From Bacteroidota bacterium (GTDB lineage Bacteria; Bacteroidota; Ignavibacteria; UBA10030; SZUA-254), in the NCBI GenBank assembly GCA_044449065.1, contig JBIOHP010000002.1, positions 117,462-181,461 on the forward strand: 64,000 nt of DNA. Reading direction: 5' to 3'. A program made the translations under genes and the position numbers. Of the stretch, positions 60,552 through 64,000 are shown one piece after another; the stretch's first letter is position 1, and each line of letters opens with the position of its first letter. A model generated the notes under the pieces. The model worked only from the letters and a program-made list of their open reading frames with translations, was not told the DNA's origin and made no database searches.

Positions 60552-61895
60552 ATGCCGTCAATATTAATCATCGATGATGAAAAAAGCGTCATCGAATCGA
60601 TCAAGATGATCCTGGAGTATGAAAAATATACCGTTAATTCCGCAGAGAACGGAATGAAGGGATTGAATCTCCTATCCAGCAGTCCTACCGATGCAATACT
60701 GCTCGATATTAAAATGCCCGATATGGATGGCATCGAAGTGTTGCGGGAAATTAAAAAACGCAATAACGAAATCCCGGTGATAATGATATCAGGACACGGA
60801 ACATTCGAAACTGCGGTAGAGGCGACAAAACACGGGGCGTTCGATTATCTTTCCAAACCGTTGGACCGCGACAAACTTCTCATCACTGTCCGCAATGCCC
60901 TTCGCCAGCGCGATCTTGTCGTTGAGGTTAGAAAGGTCAGAGACAAAGAAATAATTCTTGGGTCGAGTGAAAAAATTCAATCAATTCTAAGTGTCATTCA
61001 GCGGGTTGCCCAGACTGATGCGAGGGTGTTGATTACCGGAGAGAGCGGCACCGGTAAAGAACTGGTGGCAAAAGCTATTTACCGCGCAAGCAAACGTATC
61101 AACAAACCGTTCGTGGAAGTGAACTGCGCCGCGATCCCCGGAGAATTAATTGAATCCGAATTATTCGGTCATGAAAAAGGATCATTCACCGGCGCAACCG
61201 CCCAGCGAATGGGTAAATTCGAACAGGCGGATGACGGCACAATTTTCCTTGATGAAATCGGGGATATGAGTCTCTCCGCGCAGGCAAAAGTTCTCCGGGC
61301 ATTGGAAGAGGGAAAGGTTGAACGTGTTGGCGGCGAGCGGTTGATTCCGGTCGACGTGCGGGTGCTGGCTGCAACCAATAAAGACCTCTCCGTAGAAATT
61401 CAGGCAGGGCGCTTCCGTGAAGACTTGTACCATCGCCTCAATGTTATTCCGATACTGGTGCCTCCGCTTCGCGACCGGCGCGATGATATACCAACCCTTG
61501 TGTATGCTTTTATTGACGATATTTGTTCGAGAAACGGCATCCCGCAAAAGAAAATCTCCGAAGACGCGATGCAAACACTCTATTTGATGGAGTGGCGGGG
61601 GAATGTGCGCGAGCTTCGCAATGCCGTTGAACGGCTTGTCATTATGTGCGCCGGAAGCACTATCGAACAATCCGATCTCCAGCTTTTAGGCTACGCCGAG
61701 CGAAAAGTCGGCGACGATCTGGTTTCAACCAGCCGGACATTTCAGGAATTTAAAGACCGCGCCGAAGCGGCATTCATCAAACACCAGTTGGATGTCCATG
61801 AATGGAATATCTCCAAGACCGCAGAAGCGCTGGAGATGGAACGCAGCCATCTCTATACGAAAATTAAGAAATATGATTTGAAAGAAGAGAAATAA
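60552..61895 (+). CDS. Sigma-54-dependent Fis-family transcriptional activator (receiver + AAA+ + HTH)
   Basis: Receiver (ILIIDDE...LLDIKMPDMDG), Walker A GESGTGKE, ESELFGHEKGSFTGA, C-terminal HTH. The start is placed at MPSIL (60552); the ORF-track start at 60525 overlaps the upstream gene. Confidence 0.85.
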   Translation: MPSILIIDDEKSVIESIKMILEYEKYTVNSAENGMKGLNLLSSSPTDAILLDIKMPDMDGIEVLREIKKRNNEIPVIMISGHGTFETAVEATKHGAFDYLSKPLDRDKLLITVRNALRQRDLVVEVRKVRDKEIILGSSEKIQSILSVIQRVAQTDARVLITGESGTGKELVAKAIYRASKRINKPFVEVNCAAIPGELIESELFGHEKGSFTGATAQRMGKFEQADDGTIFLDEIGDMSLSAQAKVLRALEEGKVERVGGERLIPVDVRVLAATNKDLSVEIQAGRFREDLYHRLNVIPILVPPLRDRRDDIPTLVYAFIDDICSRNGIPQKKISEDAMQTLYLMEWRGNVRELRNAVERLVIMCAGSTIEQSDLQLLGYAERKVGDDLVSTSRTFQEFKDRAEAAFIKHQLDVHEWNISKTAEALEMERSHLYTKIKKYDLKEEK

Positions 61896-62007
61896 CGTTA
61901 ATCCGCATTTTCAACAAAACCCCCGTTCCCCCTTTCCTGCCCGACTGTCAGGCGGGGACAAGGGGGCAGAAATTGATTCGATAAAAATCCATCTTTAAGT
62001 TTTAACT

Positions 62008-62157
62008 ATGAAAGGTATTCCCCGTCGACAAAAAATGAACGTACAAGCTAAGCACGCTGATCCGCGTAGCTCACAAAAACTGGAGCAATCAAAAATTCAG
62101 CGGGTGAAGAAAAGCGAATTGAAGTTTAAGAAGAAATCTGAGGAAAACAACCTATAA
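62008..62157 (+). CDS. Small highly basic hypothetical protein (49 aa), not in the ORF track
   Basis: MKGIPRRQKMNVQAKHADPRSSQKLEQSKIQRVKKSELKFKKKSEENNL. Lies in a 290-bp gap after a GC-rich hairpin. Confidence 0.25.
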   Translation: MKGIPRRQKMNVQAKHADPRSSQKLEQSKIQRVKKSELKFKKKSEENNL

Positions 62158-62182
62158 GATAAGGCAATCTGACGTTTTGTTT

Positions 62183-63274
62183 TTACTCCGTTACCGGATA
62201 TCGCTCCATACATTCCTCCCTATCGCAGCAGGTGTAACAAACTCGTTTGAACGCTTCATAGCCGAGCAGTTCAACATCCGGTGAAATGTATCCATCCTTC
62301 ACGGGTTCGTTGCGCAAGAGATCCGTGCTTAAATACTTCTTGTTATCATCGGGTAACACCGTAACTACTATTGCATCATTCCCCAATTTATTTTGCGCCA
62401 TCAACGCGCCGATAAGATTGGCACCGGAGGAAATGCCCATCCCTAACCCAATTTCCGACGCAAGTTTTTGCGCCATGATTATAGCATCACCGTCATGGAC
62501 GGCAAGAATTTCATCAAATTTATCTAATTGAACAATTGGAGGAATAAATTCATCGGTAATTCCCTGGATGCGATGTTTACCAACTTTGTGACCTGTAGAC
62601 ATGGTCGGCGACTCTGCCGGTTCCAGGGGAAATATTTTCACAGACGCATTTTTGCTATTCAAGAATTTGCCAACGCCCATGATCGTACCACCCGTCCCGA
62701 CGCCCGATACGAACGCATCAGGTTTTAATGAGTGATAAAAGAGCTGCCACCAAATTTCAGGACCAGTGGTTGTTGCATGAGCTTCAACATTCGCTCCATT
62801 TGAAAATTGTTGGGGAAGAAACGCCGTCTTTTCATTTTTGGCAAGCTCCTCGCTCAAACGAACACTGCCGAGGAATCCACCTTCCTCGTGGCTTACCGGA
62901 ACAATTTTAGCGCCGAGGCTACGGATAAGTTCCACACGTTCGCGGCTCATCCAATCCGGCATGAAGATTACTACCGGATGTCCCAATGCTCTGCCAATCG
63001 CGGAAAAGGAAATCCCGGTATTTCCGCTGGTGGCTTCAACGATAGTATCGCCTTGATGGAGTTTATCTTCCTCATACGCCTTTGTGATGATATGATACGC
63101 CATACGGTCTTTGATGCTGCCTGTCATATTAACATTTTCCGCTTTTGCATAAATCACCCGATTGGAACCGCGAAATTTAAGATGGATGCCCAGCAAAGGC
63201 GTATTGCCAATCATGTGACGAAGATTGTTCAATCGGTCAGAATGATGCGGGAATGTTTTAATTACCTCTTGCAT
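62183..63274 (-). CDS. PLP-dependent cysteine synthase / CBS-family enzyme with an approximately 50-aa Cys-rich C-terminal extension
   Basis: PLP-lysine motif [13 protein letters not shown], glycine-rich GTGGT loop. C-terminal tail ...[20 protein letters not shown]. Confidence 0.7.
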   Translation of the reverse strand: MQEVIKTFPHHSDRLNNLRHMIGNTPLLGIHLKFRGSNRVIYAKAENVNMTGSIKDRMAYHIITKAYEEDKLHQGDTIVEATSGNTGISFSAIGRALGHPVVIFMPDWMSRERVELIRSLGAKIVPVSHEEGGFLGSVRLSEELAKNEKTAFLPQQFSNGANVEAHATTTGPEIWWQLFYHSLKPDAFVSGVGTGGTIMGVGKFLNSKNASVKIFPLEPAESPTMSTGHKVGKHRIQGITDEFIPPIVQLDKFDEILAVHDGDAIIMAQKLASEIGLGMGISSGANLIGALMAQNKLGNDAIVVTVLPDDNKKYLSTDLLRNEPVKDGYISPDVELLGYEAFKRVCYTCCDREECMERYPVTE

Positions 63275-63595
63275 TACGATCTCGTGTTAGGAATATGAAG
63301 ATTAAATCAAATATATATTGAACAAATTAGAGTATGGCTAACCATAAATACGCCGACATCACTTTCATATAACATACAATATGCGAGAAATTGCATCCGA
63401 GCAGTTATAGGCAGCTGTCTTTACAAAATAATGTATTTTTAAAATATACGATTTTCTTAAGGACATTCAAACTGACCTTCCATCATTCAAAACGTGAAGA
63501 ATTGGTTAGATTTTCGTAAATTAGTATGTGATCAATTCACTAATTTTATTTACACATTTATTCTCCACTAGAACTTCAATCCGACAAGAAAATGC

Positions 63596-64000
63596 ATGGA
63601 AAACCTTATTTATTTAGATAATGCCGCTACGACATTTCCGAAACCCCCTGAAGTGTATGATTTTATGTTTGAATTCTTCCGCACGCACGGGGTAAACCCG
63701 GGCCGTTCCGGATACGATGCCACCATAGAAACCGAAGAAGTGGTATATGGCACAAGGAAAATGTTAACGGATTTTTTCAACGGCACCGATCCGAACCAAT
63801 TAACATTCAGCTACAATGCATCCGATTCACTGAATATGATTATCCAGGGACTCGTAGTTAAAGGCGATCATGTCATTACTACAAAGCTGGAGCACAATTC
63901 CGTTCTCCGCCCGGTGTATCATTTGGAGCACGATCATGTTTCCGAAATGACCCTGATCCCGTTTGACAGGGACGGCTATCTTGATCCCGGCGACATTAAG
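63596..64000 (+). CDS. Cysteine desulfurase / class-V aminotransferase (N-terminal part; continues beyond the window)
   Basis: MENLIYLDNAATTFPKP start typical of IscS/NifS/SufS-family enzymes. Confidence 0.7.
   Translation, partial: MENLIYLDNAATTFPKPPEVYDFMFEFFRTHGVNPGRSGYDATIETEEVVYGTRKMLTDFFNGTDPNQLTFSYNASDSLNMIIQGLVVKGDHVITTKLEHNSVLRPVYHLEHDHVSEMTLIPFDRDGYLDPGDIK

Noticed and set aside
1-64000. CRISPR arrays and rRNA genes
   Set aside because: No regularly spaced direct repeats with unique spacers and no rRNA-like conserved segments were seen anywhere in the window. The only repeats are the palindromic or MITE-like elements listed above.

Overview
This 64 kb window looks like a low-to-moderate-GC bacterial chromosome, possibly Bacteroidota/Ignavibacteria-like. 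Three sigma-54/Fis-family activators are present. No rRNA genes or CRISPR arrays were found; one tRNA-Pro was found.

Layout, from left to right:
- 1-2112: a truncated pilC/gspF-family gene followed by three tandem, atypical pilin-like genes.
- 2497-3878: queC-queE.
- 4067-23446: an approximately 19 kb ABC-transporter-dependent (Wzm/Wzt) glycan locus (glycosyltransferases, rfbA, fcl, a WbdA-like double-GT4 protein, a coiled-coil methyltransferase, two large polytopic membrane proteins).
- 23703-28480: housekeeping genes (rsmI, nadE, murI, def, PCD, pyrE, a NUDIX hydrolase).
- 29062-31740: hybrid sensor kinase; then suhB-like gene, hflX and a BatA-like VWA membrane protein.
- 36647-38759: tRNA-Pro(TGG), a CheY-like receiver and an NtrC-type activator.
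- About 40.7-45.8 kb: an AT-rich island of six uncharacterised genes (a 55-aa four-CxxCxGxG zinc-ribbon protein missed by the ORF track, a 4-TM protein, a VWA secreted/lipoprotein, further membrane proteins), bounded on the left by palindromic repeat elements.
- 45946-52652: gcdH, guaB, an M24 peptidase, a GT4 glycosyltransferase, purD.
- 52681-54928: a restriction-modification remnant (intact amino-methyltransferase plus an adjacent ORF split by a single in-frame TAA).
- 54958-61895: epimerase, meaB, isovaleryl-CoA-dehydrogenase-like gene, methylcrotonyl-CoA carboxylase carboxyltransferase, and a sigma-54 activator.
- 62183-64000: a cysteine-synthase-family gene and a partial cysteine desulfurase.

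The most interesting signals are listed here.
- The AT-rich island.
- A REP/MITE-like palindromic element family (three copies) whose stems are preserved by compensatory substitutions.
- A second MITE-like element with 12-bp TIRs downstream of guaB.
- The broken restriction-endonuclease partner of the methyltransferase.
- A WbdD-like terminator candidate with inverted domain order.
- The tandem pilin-like paralogs.

All functional calls are from reading motifs by eye, with no database searches run.
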